This document shows, piece by piece, positions 17,448-25,727 of a DNA stretch of 64,000 nt; position 1 is the first letter of the stretch; each line of letters starts with the position of its first letter. The notes beneath the pieces are model-generated. The model did not search any database. It was not told the origin of the DNA and worked only from the letters and a program-made list of their open reading frames with translations. Location: contig CAZIDG010000013.1 in NCBI GenBank assembly GCA_964538065.1, positions 1,488 through 65,487 of the forward strand, read 5' to 3'. This stretch comes from an uncultured Verrucomicrobiota bacterium. Its GTDB lineage: Bacteria > Verrucomicrobiota > Verrucomicrobiia > Limisphaerales > UBA1319. A program made the translations under genes and the position numbers.

Positions 17448-18220
17448 ACGAAGAACGGCGCAATTCCATCGAGACCCGCGATCTCTGCCTCTGGTACGGT
17501 CAGTTCCAGGCGCTGAAGCATGTGAACGTCCGCATTGGCCATGGGCTGATCACCTCGCTCATCGGGCCCTCGGGCTGCGGCAAGACCACCCTGTTGCGGT
17601 GCTTTAACCGCGTGAATGAGCGTTACGGGAATGTCACCACCCAGGGCGAAATCACCATCCTGGGCAAGAATATCTACGATCCCGATGTCTCGCTCATCGA
17701 GCTGCGCAAGTCCGTCGGCATGGTGTTCCAGCGGCCCAATCCGCTGCCCATTTCCGTTTACGAGAACGTCGTCTTCGGCTTGCGCATCCATTCCGAGCTT
17801 GGATCCGTCAAGCGGAGCGATCTGGACGATGTGGTCGAAAAGTCGCTCCGGGAGGTGTTCCTGTGGGACGATCTCAAGGACCGCCTGGATGAGAAGGCGA
17901 CCCGCCTCCAGCTTGAGCAGCAGCAGAAGCTGTGCATCGCGCGGCTGCTTCCCCTCAAGCCCGAGGTCATCCTCATGGATGAGCCATGCTCGGCCCTGGA
18001 TGCCAAGGCCACCCTCGCCGTGGAGGAGCTCATGCACACCCTGGTGGGACGCTACACCATCGTCATTGTCACGCACAACATGGCCCAGGCCCGGCGCGTC
18101 AGCCATGAGTGCCTGTTCATGTTGATGGGCGAGTTGGTCGAGCACAGCCCCACTCGCGAGCTGTTTTTAAAACCTCGCGAAGCCCGGACAGCCGAGTACA
18201 TTGAAGGCCGATATGGTTGA
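17444..18220 (+). CDS. pstB: phosphate import ATP-binding protein PstB (catalytic motifs intact; signature degenerate)
   Basis: Walker A GPSGCGKTT. Q-loop VGMVFQRP. Walker B ILMDEPCSALD. H-loop VTHNM. The signature position reads LQLEQQQKL instead of LSGGQQQRL. C-terminus AEYIEGRYG. ATGA overlap with paralog 1. Confidence 0.9.
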   Translation: MNEERRNSIETRDLCLWYGQFQALKHVNVRIGHGLITSLIGPSGCGKTTLLRCFNRVNERYGNVTTQGEITILGKNIYDPDVSLIELRKSVGMVFQRPNPLPISVYENVVFGLRIHSELGSVKRSDLDDVVEKSLREVFLWDDLKDRLDEKATRLQLEQQQKLCIARLLPLKPEVILMDEPCSALDAKATLAVEELMHTLVGRYTIVIVTHNMAQARRVSHECLFMLMGELVEHSPTRELFLKPREARTAEYIEGRYG

Positions 18221-18992
18221 TCGCCCCATGAATCACGATCCTGTCCCCTTGATGGACGTGGAGCATTTCCGTGCCAGCTATGGCAAACGCGAGGTGCTCC
18301 ATGGCGTGTCGCTGTCCATTCAGCGCACGGAACGGCTGGCGCTCATCGGCCCGCTCGGCAGCGGGCGCACCACCTTGTTGCGCAGTCTCAACCGGCTCAA
18401 CGACATGGATCCCGAATATGCCTGCTCAGGGCGCATCCTCTTCGAGGGCAGGGACATCCGGGATAAGACGTGCGATCCGGCCGAGCTGCGGCATCGCGTG
18501 GCCTTCCTCAATGCCGCGCCATCGCCGTTGCCCAAGTCGATTCATGACAACATCTCGTTTGGGCTGAAGACGGCCGGTCTGCGCAATGCATCCGGCCAGG
18601 AGGCTGCCATTGAAAACAGCCTGCGCGTCGTGGATCTGTGGGAGCAGTTGAAGGATCACCTGCACGAGCCTGCGCTGGGCCTGAACCGGGGGCTTCAATA
18701 CCGGCTGTGCCTTGCGCGGCTGCTGGCCCTTGATCCGGTCATCATCCTGCTGGATGAACCGTGTGCGGGGCTTGATCCCATCTCAACCGCACAGATTGAG
18801 CAGATCTTTGCCGTGCTCAAACAGCGCCTCACCATCGTGTTCGCCACCAATGATAACAAGCAGGCGGCCCGCTCTTCGGACCGGGTTGCCTATTTGGATG
18901 CAGGTGAATTGGTGGAAATCGGGCCCACGTTCGAGGTGTTCCGCAACCCCAAAAACCAGCGCACCGACGATTATCTCACCGGGCGCGGCTGA
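18213..18992 (+). CDS. PstB-like paralog 3, predicted catalytically inactive
   Basis: ORF from TTG 18201. The ATG at 18213 overlaps the pstB stop (ATGGTTGA). Walker A GPLGSGRTT (Lys to Arg). Q-loop position VAFLNAAP. Signature position LNRGLQYRL. Walker B ILLDEPCAGLD. H-loop position ATNDN. PstB-like tail DDYLTGRG. Confidence 0.8.
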   Translation: MVDRPMNHDPVPLMDVEHFRASYGKREVLHGVSLSIQRTERLALIGPLGSGRTTLLRSLNRLNDMDPEYACSGRILFEGRDIRDKTCDPAELRHRVAFLNAAPSPLPKSIHDNISFGLKTAGLRNASGQEAAIENSLRVVDLWEQLKDHLHEPALGLNRGLQYRLCLARLLALDPVIILLDEPCAGLDPISTAQIEQIFAVLKQRLTIVFATNDNKQAARSSDRVAYLDAGELVEIGPTFEVFRNPKNQRTDDYLTGRG

Positions 18993-19020
18993 GGGTCCTC
19001 CCTTTCTTTGGACCATCCAT

Positions 19021-19050
19021 CCCCCGAGCGAACATCGGGGGACTTTTTTT
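19021..19050 (+). terminator. rho-independent terminator of the pst operon
   Basis: CCCCCGA-GCGAACA-TCGGGGG (7-bp perfect stem, 7-nt loop), then AC plus T7. It lies 29 nt after the stop at 18992. Confidence 0.8.
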
Positions 19051-19122
19051 GATCCGCATGCGGTGGAATTTTGGTCTCGCCAAGCGCTGGAAGCCCATGC
19101 AGGATGATTTGCCTATTTTTGC

Positions 19123-20664
19123 ATGACAGAACAAATTGTCATTTTGGATTTTGGATCGCAATACACGCAGGTCATTGCGCGTCGCATTCGCGAATGCAGC
19201 GTTTATTGCGTCATCATGCCCTTCAATACGCCGGCATCCGAACTGGCGCAGTTGCGTCCACAGGGGATCATCCTCTCGGGTGGTCCGGCCAGCGTGTATT
19301 CAGACAGGGCGCCCCTGCCTGATCCGGCCATCTTCGATTTGGGGGTGCCCATGCTGGGCATCTGCTTCGGGCTGCAGCTGGTCGCCCAGTTCATGGGCGG
19401 CAAGGTCGAGCGCGGCGATAAACGCGAATATGGAAAGGGCACCCTGAGTGTCAAGGATCGCGGCTGTCACTTGTTCCGGAAGCTGCCCGCCTCGCTCCAG
19501 GTGTGGAACTCCCATGGCGATAAGCTGACCCGGCTGCCCAAGGGGTTCAAGTCGGTGGCCATCACCGAGAACTCCGCCTTTGCGGCCATCGAGCACAAGT
19601 CCAAGAAGATTTACGGCCTCCAGTTCCATCCCGAGGTGGTGCACACCCCCCGGGGCAAGGAAATCATCAGCAATTTCGTCCATGGCATTTGCGGGTGCGG
19701 ACGCGACTGGAACATGCGCAATTACATCGACCAGGCGGTCGAGCAGATCCGCAAACAGGTGGGCGGGGAACACGTCATTCTCGGCCTGAGCGGGGGCGTG
19801 GATTCCAGCGTGGCGGCCGCCTTGATTCACAAGGCCATCGGCGACCAGCTGACCTGCATCTTCGTCAACAACGGCCTGCTCCGGGCTGGCGAGGAGGACG
19901 TGGTCCAGCAGGTCTTTGGCAAGAATTTCAAGATCAAGCTCCAGTACGAGGATGCCAGCGCCCTCTTCCTGCGGAAGCTCAAGGGAGTCACCGATCCGGA
20001 ACGCAAACGCAAGATCATCGGCGGCACCTTCATTGAGGTGTTTCAGGATGCCACCAAGCGGGTGGGCAAGGCCCGGTTTCTGGCCCAGGGAACCTTGTAT
20101 CCGGATGTCATCGAATCGGTTCCGATCGCGGGCAATCCGGCGTCCATGATCAAGAGCCATCATAATGTCGGCGGCCTGCCCAAGAAGATGAAGCTCAAGC
20201 TCGTTGAGCCCCTGAAGTGCCTCTTTAAGGACGAGGTGCGCCAGTTGGGAATCGAGTTGGGGCTTCCCAAGGAGATTGTCTATCGACAGCCCTTCCCGGG
20301 CCCAGGCCTGGCCGTGCGCATTCTGGGGGATGTTTCAGACAGCCGTCTGGCCATCCTGCGCAATGCCGATGCCATCGTGGTCGATGAAATGAAGAAGAGC
20401 GACATGTATTACAAAATCTGGCAGAGCTTCGCGGTCCTTCTGCCGGTGCGTAGCGTCGGGGTCATGGGGGATGAACGAACCTATGATTACACCATCGCCG
20501 TGCGTGCGGTCGAATCCCAGGACGGCATGACGGCCGATTGGGCCAAATTGCCGTATGACCTTCTTGAGCGGATATCCAACCGCATCATTAATGAGGTGAA
20601 GGGCGTCAATCGCGTGGTGCTCGACATTTCGAGCAAGCCACCGGCCACCATTGAGTGGGAATAG
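19123..20664 (+). CDS. guaA: GMP synthase (glutamine-hydrolysing)
   Basis: 513 aa. GATase nucleophile region [11 protein letters not shown]-PPase P-loop [12 protein letters not shown]-terminal KPPATIEWE. Confidence 0.95.
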   Translation: MTEQIVILDFGSQYTQVIARRIRECSVYCVIMPFNTPASELAQLRPQGIILSGGPASVYSDRAPLPDPAIFDLGVPMLGICFGLQLVAQFMGGKVERGDKREYGKGTLSVKDRGCHLFRKLPASLQVWNSHGDKLTRLPKGFKSVAITENSAFAAIEHKSKKIYGLQFHPEVVHTPRGKEIISNFVHGICGCGRDWNMRNYIDQAVEQIRKQVGGEHVILGLSGGVDSSVAAALIHKAIGDQLTCIFVNNGLLRAGEEDVVQQVFGKNFKIKLQYEDASALFLRKLKGVTDPERKRKIIGGTFIEVFQDATKRVGKARFLAQGTLYPDVIESVPIAGNPASMIKSHHNVGGLPKKMKLKLVEPLKCLFKDEVRQLGIELGLPKEIVYRQPFPGPGLAVRILGDVSDSRLAILRNADAIVVDEMKKSDMYYKIWQSFAVLLPVRSVGVMGDERTYDYTIAVRAVESQDGMTADWAKLPYDLLERISNRIINEVKGVNRVVLDISSKPPATIEWE

Positions 20665-20726
20665 ACGTTACCCACACGACCCAAGTCTTGAGATTCAAGA
20701 CCTGAGACCACAGACCTTTTATCATG

Positions 20727-20755
20727 CGCGCGCCGGGAGACTGGCGCGCGTTTTT
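20727..20755 (+). terminator. rho-independent terminator after guaA
   Basis: CGCGCGCC-GGGAGACT-GGCGCGCG (8-bp perfect GC stem), followed by TTTTT. It starts 63 nt after the guaA stop. Confidence 0.75.
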
Positions 20756-20928
20756 CGTCCCCTGATCGATGGGGCAGGACCCCATCGCAAGACTTCCAAG
20801 ACTTTCTTAACCTGAGCGGATGGAAATAGTGAAAATAATTTGAATGAAAACGCAGGTTTGAACGTCAAATTTATCTTTTTACTACTTGCCAGGACTTTGA
20901 TTTTAGGAGAGATTCACCCCACTGACGC

Positions 20929-20964
20929 AAAAAAATCTGGCGGTCCGATTTCTCAGACCGCCAG
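20929..20964 (-). terminator. orphan rho-independent terminator on the minus strand
   Basis: The minus strand reads CTGGCGGTC-TGAGAAATCG-GACCGCCAG-A-TTTTTTT (9-bp perfect stem, 10-nt loop, U7). It lies about 470 nt downstream of the hscB-like stop, with no convincing ORF in between. Confidence 0.7.
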
Positions 20965-21436
20965 CCAACCTACAGCTTGTGAAGAACGTCAGGCTCTAAA
21001 GCCCAACGCAGGATTTTAGAGGCTTTTTGCTTCTACCATTGATGGCGGAAGCGGTATGCGTTTTTTCAATGATCCGTATCACCGGACCATTGCGTTGTTC
21101 CCATATTCTTTTAAGCAACCCCCGTGCCAGTTATTAAGGCGATCGCGTGCCGCTCCATGCTGTATGATGATGCAAAATGTGAACTATCAGCATGATCCGT
21201 GGTTCGATTACGGCCTGTTTCGTGAGGCGGAATTGCGTGATTTGGACCTTTTGACACGAACGCAAACGTTATCGTTCCCAAAACGTGATTCCAAGGCCCC
21301 CAAACGCGGGCGGAGGTGTCAAATCGGTGTAAGGTGAATTGACTCAAAACAGGACAAACCTGGCTGGGACCTTTTAAAGTGAGAGAACTGCGATTTTTGA
21401 AAAAAACGCATGGGCGTGTGAAATTCGCGCATCGGG

Positions 21437-22057
21437 TCACCCGATTTCCAACTGAACGGACTGCTCCTTTAACTGAGCCATCCACCGGCTTATGTAGCTC
21501 ATAATGCGATAGATATGCTCGATTTTGTCCAACGGAAGAAAGGCGCGCCGGGAGGTGGATTCCTGGGGTGCCTGCGCCCACAAAGGGTTGATGGATTGCA
21601 GTTCATGCAGCAATTCCAAGCGTTTTGCGTGAATTTTTTGACTTAACGCGTGTAATTGATCGACGAGCTCCATCCCTTGGTGGAGGTATTTGACCTTCAA
21701 AAGCGGGGAGGTCTCCTTCTGTCGGGCCTGGGTAAAGGCCTCAATTTTGTGGCAAAGCTGACCCACTTCCATGAAGAAATCCATGGTGCCAGGGGGGATG
21801 CGCTGAACGTCCCTGGGCTTTTCTCCCGTTTCGAGCATGAGGAGATGCAAAAGACGTTCCTTGGGATCGACCAGGCAGTTGAAGGCCCGGTTCAGTTCCG
21901 CAAATTTCTGGTTGGCCAGTTCTTTATCGGATTCGCTGGCCGTGTGAAAACGATCGGGATGAAACTCGGCTGAGAGTTGAAGGAATTTGGTTTTCAGGGC
22001 CTCTTCATTGAGCCAGGGGCCACGAGGTTCATTCAGTAAAGTAAAGTAGTCCGTCAT
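21437..22057 (-). CDS. hscB: HscB-like J-domain Fe-S co-chaperone
   Basis: 206 aa. J-domain: DYFTLL...LSAEFHPDRF (HPD motif)...LNRAFNCLVDPKER, followed by a helical C-terminal domain. Its start shares one nucleotide with the upstream iscA-like stop (TAATG). Confidence 0.75.
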   Translation of the reverse strand: MTDYFTLLNEPRGPWLNEEALKTKFLQLSAEFHPDRFHTASESDKELANQKFAELNRAFNCLVDPKERLLHLLMLETGEKPRDVQRIPPGTMDFFMEVGQLCHKIEAFTQARQKETSPLLKVKYLHQGMELVDQLHALSQKIHAKRLELLHELQSINPLWAQAPQESTSRRAFLPLDKIEHIYRIMSYISRWMAQLKEQSVQLEIG

Positions 22058-22443
22058 TAGGCGCTAAAGCTTTCCCCGCACGAGCAGGTATTGGTGGCGT
22101 TGGGGTTCTTGACCTTGAAACCGCCTCCCATCAGGGCGTCCACAAAATCCAATTCCGAACCGCTTACATACAAGGCGCTTTTAGGATCCACAACGACACG
22201 CACGCCTTTGGATTCCACAAGGAAATCGCGGTTGGCCGGTCCTTCCTGCAAATCCATCTTGTATTGAAGCCCTGAGCACCCGCCGCCCACCACCGCAATG
22301 CGCAACACACCGTGGGGCCTGCCCTGTTTTTGGAGGAGATCCAGGATTTTCGCGGCCGCTGCATCGGTAATGCGCACCAATCGCTCGTCTCCCACACGAT
22401 ACGAGGGCTTGGACTGGCTGTTGTTGGCGGTGTCAGATGTCAT
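22057..22443 (-). CDS. A-type Fe-S cluster carrier (IscA/ErpA/HesB family)
   Basis: 128 aa. GGGCSGLQYKM and C-terminal NPNATNTCSCGESFSA give the C-x(n)-C-x-C ligand pattern. Confidence 0.9.
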   Translation of the reverse strand: MTSDTANNSQSKPSYRVGDERLVRITDAAAAKILDLLQKQGRPHGVLRIAVVGGGCSGLQYKMDLQEGPANRDFLVESKGVRVVVDPKSALYVSGSELDFVDALMGGGFKVKNPNATNTCSCGESFSA

Positions 22444-22769
22444 TCAAATCGTCGGAAACAAAATATGCGTGCCCGTCTGCATCGTCAATGCCGCATCCAC
22501 GGATCGTTGTCTCTGGGCGCCATGCAAGCCTTTGGCCTGGACGCGGGCAAAACGCCCCAGGGAGGTCCGTTCCCGTGGTCGAAAGGGAAGGAGAGAGGGT
22601 CGCGTCTTCACGAATGACGGTCGAAATGTCAGTCCTGCCTTGCATTGCCAGAAAGTGTCGGGTTACAAATCAGGTGTTCCACGTGTCCAACCGATTGAGT
22701 GCCCCGGAGGAGTCCGGTCAACATGATGATACAACCAAAGTTGAATCAGAATGGGTCAATGCGACACCG

Positions 22770-24113
22770 ATGACCCATCACGACAAGGCCAACATGAACG
22801 CAACCCATGATCACCAGACCAGGTCCGCCCTATCGCGGAGGTCATTCCTCAAAAGCGCCACCCTTGCTGCGTCTGCAGGCAGCGCCCTTGCATTGGATAT
22901 CAGCCGCAATGCCTGGGCAGCCGGAAGCGACGTGATAAAGGTGGGGATGATTGGATGTGGGGGACGCAACACCGGCGCAGGCGGCCAGGTGTTAAATGCT
23001 GACAAAGGCGCCAGGCTGGTGGCCATGTGTGATGTGCTCCCTGAGAGGGTGGAGACGGCCCGGGAGACCTTGAAAAAGGCCCATCCGGACCAGGTGGATG
23101 TGCCCAAAGAACGGTGCTTTTCGGGGTTTGATGGCTACAAGAAGGTCATTGAGTGTTCGGATGTGGTGTTGATTGCCAACGGCGCCAAGTTCCATCCGTT
23201 CCATGCCATGGCCGCCATCCAGGCGGGCCGGCATGTCTTTGTCGAGAAACCCCATGGGATCGACCCCCGTGGTGTCAAACTGATGCAGGCGGCCTGCGAT
23301 CTCGCCAAACAGAAGCAGTTGTGCGTGGTGTCGGGGCTCCACAGCCGCTATCACCCGGGCTACATCGAGACCGTCAAACGCATTCACGATGGCGACATTG
23401 GGGAGGTCGTGTCGATTGAGGAGAATTTCCTTCGTCCGCCGTATGTGATCGTATCGAGGGAACCCGAATTGAACGAAGTCCAGTGGCAGTGCAGCACGCA
23501 ATACCACTTCACATGGATCTCGGGGGATGACGTGGTGCAATCGCTGGTGCATAACCTGGATCGGGCAAGCTGGGTGATGAGGGAGCAAGTGCCGGTGAGG
23601 TGCCATGGATTGGCCGGTCGTTCCTCCATGACCGCGCCGATCTACGGCAATGTCTTCGACCATCATTCCGTGGTTTATGAATATGCCAATGGCGTGCGCA
23701 TCTACGCGTTTTGTCGCACAACCACAGGGTGTTACAATGAATACTCAAGCCTGATCTTCGGCACCCGGGGCAAGGCCGATCTCATGGCCTGCACCATTCG
23801 CGGAGAGAAAAATTGGACCGGCAATCCCAATGCCGACGCACATCAGATCGAACAAATCAAATTCATGGAGGCAATCCGAGCCGGCAAAGTCATCAATAAT
23901 GGGGACTACATGGCGCGAAGCACCATGATCGGGGTGATGGGACAGATCTCGTGCTATACCGGCAGGGAAGTGACCTGGGAGCAGATCAACAAATCGGACT
24001 TTGCCTACCTGCCACTGCCGGAGGACTGCCACGATGACATGGAACCGCCCACCAAGCCGGGCCCGGATGGGACGTATCCGGTTTACATTCCAGGCAAGAC
24101 CGTCCTGATCTAG
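22770..24113 (+). CDS. Tat-exported Gfo/Idh/MocA family oxidoreductase (ThuB-like)
   Basis: ORF 22437..24113, in-frame ATG at 22770 (alternative 22794). Twin-arginine signal SRRSFLKSATLAASAGSALA. Rossmann start IKVGMIGCGGRNTGAG. Also HVFVEKP. Confidence 0.85.
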   Translation: MTHHDKANMNATHDHQTRSALSRRSFLKSATLAASAGSALALDISRNAWAAGSDVIKVGMIGCGGRNTGAGGQVLNADKGARLVAMCDVLPERVETARETLKKAHPDQVDVPKERCFSGFDGYKKVIECSDVVLIANGAKFHPFHAMAAIQAGRHVFVEKPHGIDPRGVKLMQAACDLAKQKQLCVVSGLHSRYHPGYIETVKRIHDGDIGEVVSIEENFLRPPYVIVSREPELNEVQWQCSTQYHFTWISGDDVVQSLVHNLDRASWVMREQVPVRCHGLAGRSSMTAPIYGNVFDHHSVVYEYANGVRIYAFCRTTTGCYNEYSSLIFGTRGKADLMACTIRGEKNWTGNPNADAHQIEQIKFMEAIRAGKVINNGDYMARSTMIGVMGQISCYTGREVTWEQINKSDFAYLPLPEDCHDDMEPPTKPGPDGTYPVYIPGKTVLI

Positions 24114-24165
24114 CCAGCATGCCCGCCAAGTCCATGCACGTGAACATGTTTTGAAGGAGGCAGTA

Positions 24166-25038
24166 ATGAGGACTTTTTATCCAATTGGCCGCCGGATTGT
24201 CCTGGGGCTGGGCATTTTGGCAGGTGTGGTGGGGCTCTGGCCTCTGCTGGTTGAGGGGGGCGATGGCCAGGCCGCTCAGGGAAAAAACTCTGACACCCCG
24301 TCGCTCCCGCGCAAGGAAATCGACATGACCCCACCCAGCCAGGGAATCAGGGTGTGTTTGGTCACGGGCATGGATTATCCGGGGCATCTCTGGCGGCAAA
24401 CAGCGCCCGCGCTCAAGGATATCCTGGAGAAGGACGGGCGATTGAAGGTGCAGATCATCGATCAGCCCAACGCCCTGGCATCACCAAAGTTAAAGGAGTG
24501 GGATGTTGTCATCCTGCATTTCCAAAACTGGGAGACGCCAGGGCCGGGCCCTGAGGCCCGGGAAAACCTGCGGCGATTTGTCAGTGAAGGGAAGGGACTC
24601 ATGCTTACCCATTTTGCCTGCGGTGCCTGGTATGGGGAGTGGCCGGAATTCAAGAACCTTGCGGGTCGTGCCTGGTTTGGCAGCCAGGGGGGACGCCAGC
24701 ATGATCCCCATGGTCCGTTTCGGGTTGAAATAGCGGACCCTGATCATCCGATCACCCAGGGGATGCAGGCATTTGACACCACAGACGAGCTGTATACCTG
24801 TCTGGAGGGGGATGCTCCCATCCATGTGGTGGCCAGGGCGAAATCGAAGGTGGATGGCCGGTATTATCCCATGGCCTTTGTGCTCCAATATGGCAAGGGG
24901 CGGGTGTTTCATACCGTCCTGGGACATGATGTCACAGCGTTCACCAATGCGGCGGTGCCTGAGCTCATGCGGCGTGGTTGCGCCTGGAGTGCCGGGATAC
25001 CACCCGTGCCCAAAAAAGAATCCGGAGCCGGGCAGTGA
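24166..25038 (+). CDS. ThuA domain protein with an N-terminal signal or anchor
   Basis: ORF from TTG 24151. The ATG at 24166 is preceded by the Shine-Dalgarno sequence GAAGGAGG. Motifs: IRVCLVTGMDYPGH, VVILHFQNWE, LMLTHFA, DPDHPIT, FDTTDELY, GKGRVFHTVLGHD. Confidence 0.85.
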   Translation: MRTFYPIGRRIVLGLGILAGVVGLWPLLVEGGDGQAAQGKNSDTPSLPRKEIDMTPPSQGIRVCLVTGMDYPGHLWRQTAPALKDILEKDGRLKVQIIDQPNALASPKLKEWDVVILHFQNWETPGPGPEARENLRRFVSEGKGLMLTHFACGAWYGEWPEFKNLAGRAWFGSQGGRQHDPHGPFRVEIADPDHPITQGMQAFDTTDELYTCLEGDAPIHVVARAKSKVDGRYYPMAFVLQYGKGRVFHTVLGHDVTAFTNAAVPELMRRGCAWSAGIPPVPKKESGAGQ

Positions 25039-25072
25039 GCCCTGGCCCCGGATTCCATGATGGGACGGTGTG

Positions 25073-25516
25073 TTATTTGGCCGGTGGGGCGAGCAATGGA
25101 CACGTGCCGTCCTGCGCGCGAGGCCCGGTTGCATTCCGCAGACCCCGCCCTGAGCCGCCGTAGCCGCCTTTACCACCTTTTCCAGAGAAACCGCCAGCGG
25201 CCCAGCAAGCGCCGCGTCCACGCCCCATCCCTGGGCCGCGGGGGACGCCGTTGATGCACAGACCGCCCATCTTCTCCAGACGATCAAGCCGGGAAGCCTC
25301 CGCCTCGGTCAAGGTGCCGCTGGCCTTTTTGGCGCGAAGCTCAGCCACGTACTCCTGCATGACCTGGCGCCGTGCGGACCATTCCTCCGCGCTCAATTGC
25401 CTGCCCTGGCGGGCCATGGGAGGCTGGGGTTGATTGGTATTCTGCCCATACACCGGGGTCAGCATGGCCACGGTCATCAGGGATGCCATCAGTGTTACTA
25501 AAAGCTTTTGATTCAT
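25073..25516 (-). CDS. small secreted protein, CpxP/Spy-like by position, with a Gly/Arg-rich Cys-containing tail
   Basis: ORF 25073..25582. The ATG at 25516 gives MNQKLLVTLMASLMTVAMLTPVYG (signal peptide). The helical part carries LSAEEW and LTEAEA, reminiscent of LTxxQ. The tail is GPGMGRGRGACWAAGGFSGKGGKGGYGGSGRG. It is divergent from the CpxR-like gene. Confidence 0.55.
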   Translation of the reverse strand: MNQKLLVTLMASLMTVAMLTPVYGQNTNQPQPPMARQGRQLSAEEWSARRQVMQEYVAELRAKKASGTLTEAEASRLDRLEKMGGLCINGVPRGPGMGRGRGACWAAGGFSGKGGKGGYGGSGRGLRNATGPRAQDGTCPLLAPPAK

Positions 25517-25647
25517 ACGTTTTTCCTCAGTTTGTTGTTCTTTAAGCCGCCCGTTGAGCCAGGCGCCCCGCGCGGCGGCCATCTCGATCTACACCATAAA
25601 TAGACTCCCCCAGTGTTAAGCTTCCGTGTGGATGAAGGGGGAAAATT

Positions 25648-25663
25648 GTAAAGGAATGGTAAA
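25648..25663 (+). promoter_or_regulatory. GTAAA-N6-GTAAA direct repeat (CpxR-box-like) in the divergent promoter region
   Basis: GTAAAGGAATGGTAAA read directly. It lies 65 nt upstream of the response-regulator ATG. A TATGAT -10-like hexamer is at 25691..25696. The E. coli CpxR consensus is GTAAA-N5-GTAAA. Confidence 0.4.
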
Positions 25664-25727
25664 AGTTGGCGCAGGGCGGCCCCAATCAGGTATGATGGGG
25701 ATCAGAAAGACGTTGATCCGTAATCAC

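Noticed and set aside
21056-21337. 93-aa plus-strand ORF in the guaA/hscB gap, the 156-aa minus ORF 21111..21581, and 12-32-aa minus-strand ORFs.
   Set aside because: No family resemblance. The Cys/Met/Arg-rich N-terminal half is unlike the other proteins here. The 156-aa ORF starts inside hscB in another frame. I kept the region as a possible ncRNA locus rather than calling a CDS, although a small protein cannot be excluded.
21400-21445. A hairpin ATCGG-GTGAC-CCGAT spanning the hscB-like stop, followed on the minus strand by a short ACGC/GCGT stem and a T7 tract.
   Set aside because: The stems are short (4-5 bp) and about 30 nt separates the better hairpin from the T tract. It may be a weak terminator but is too marginal to list as a feature.
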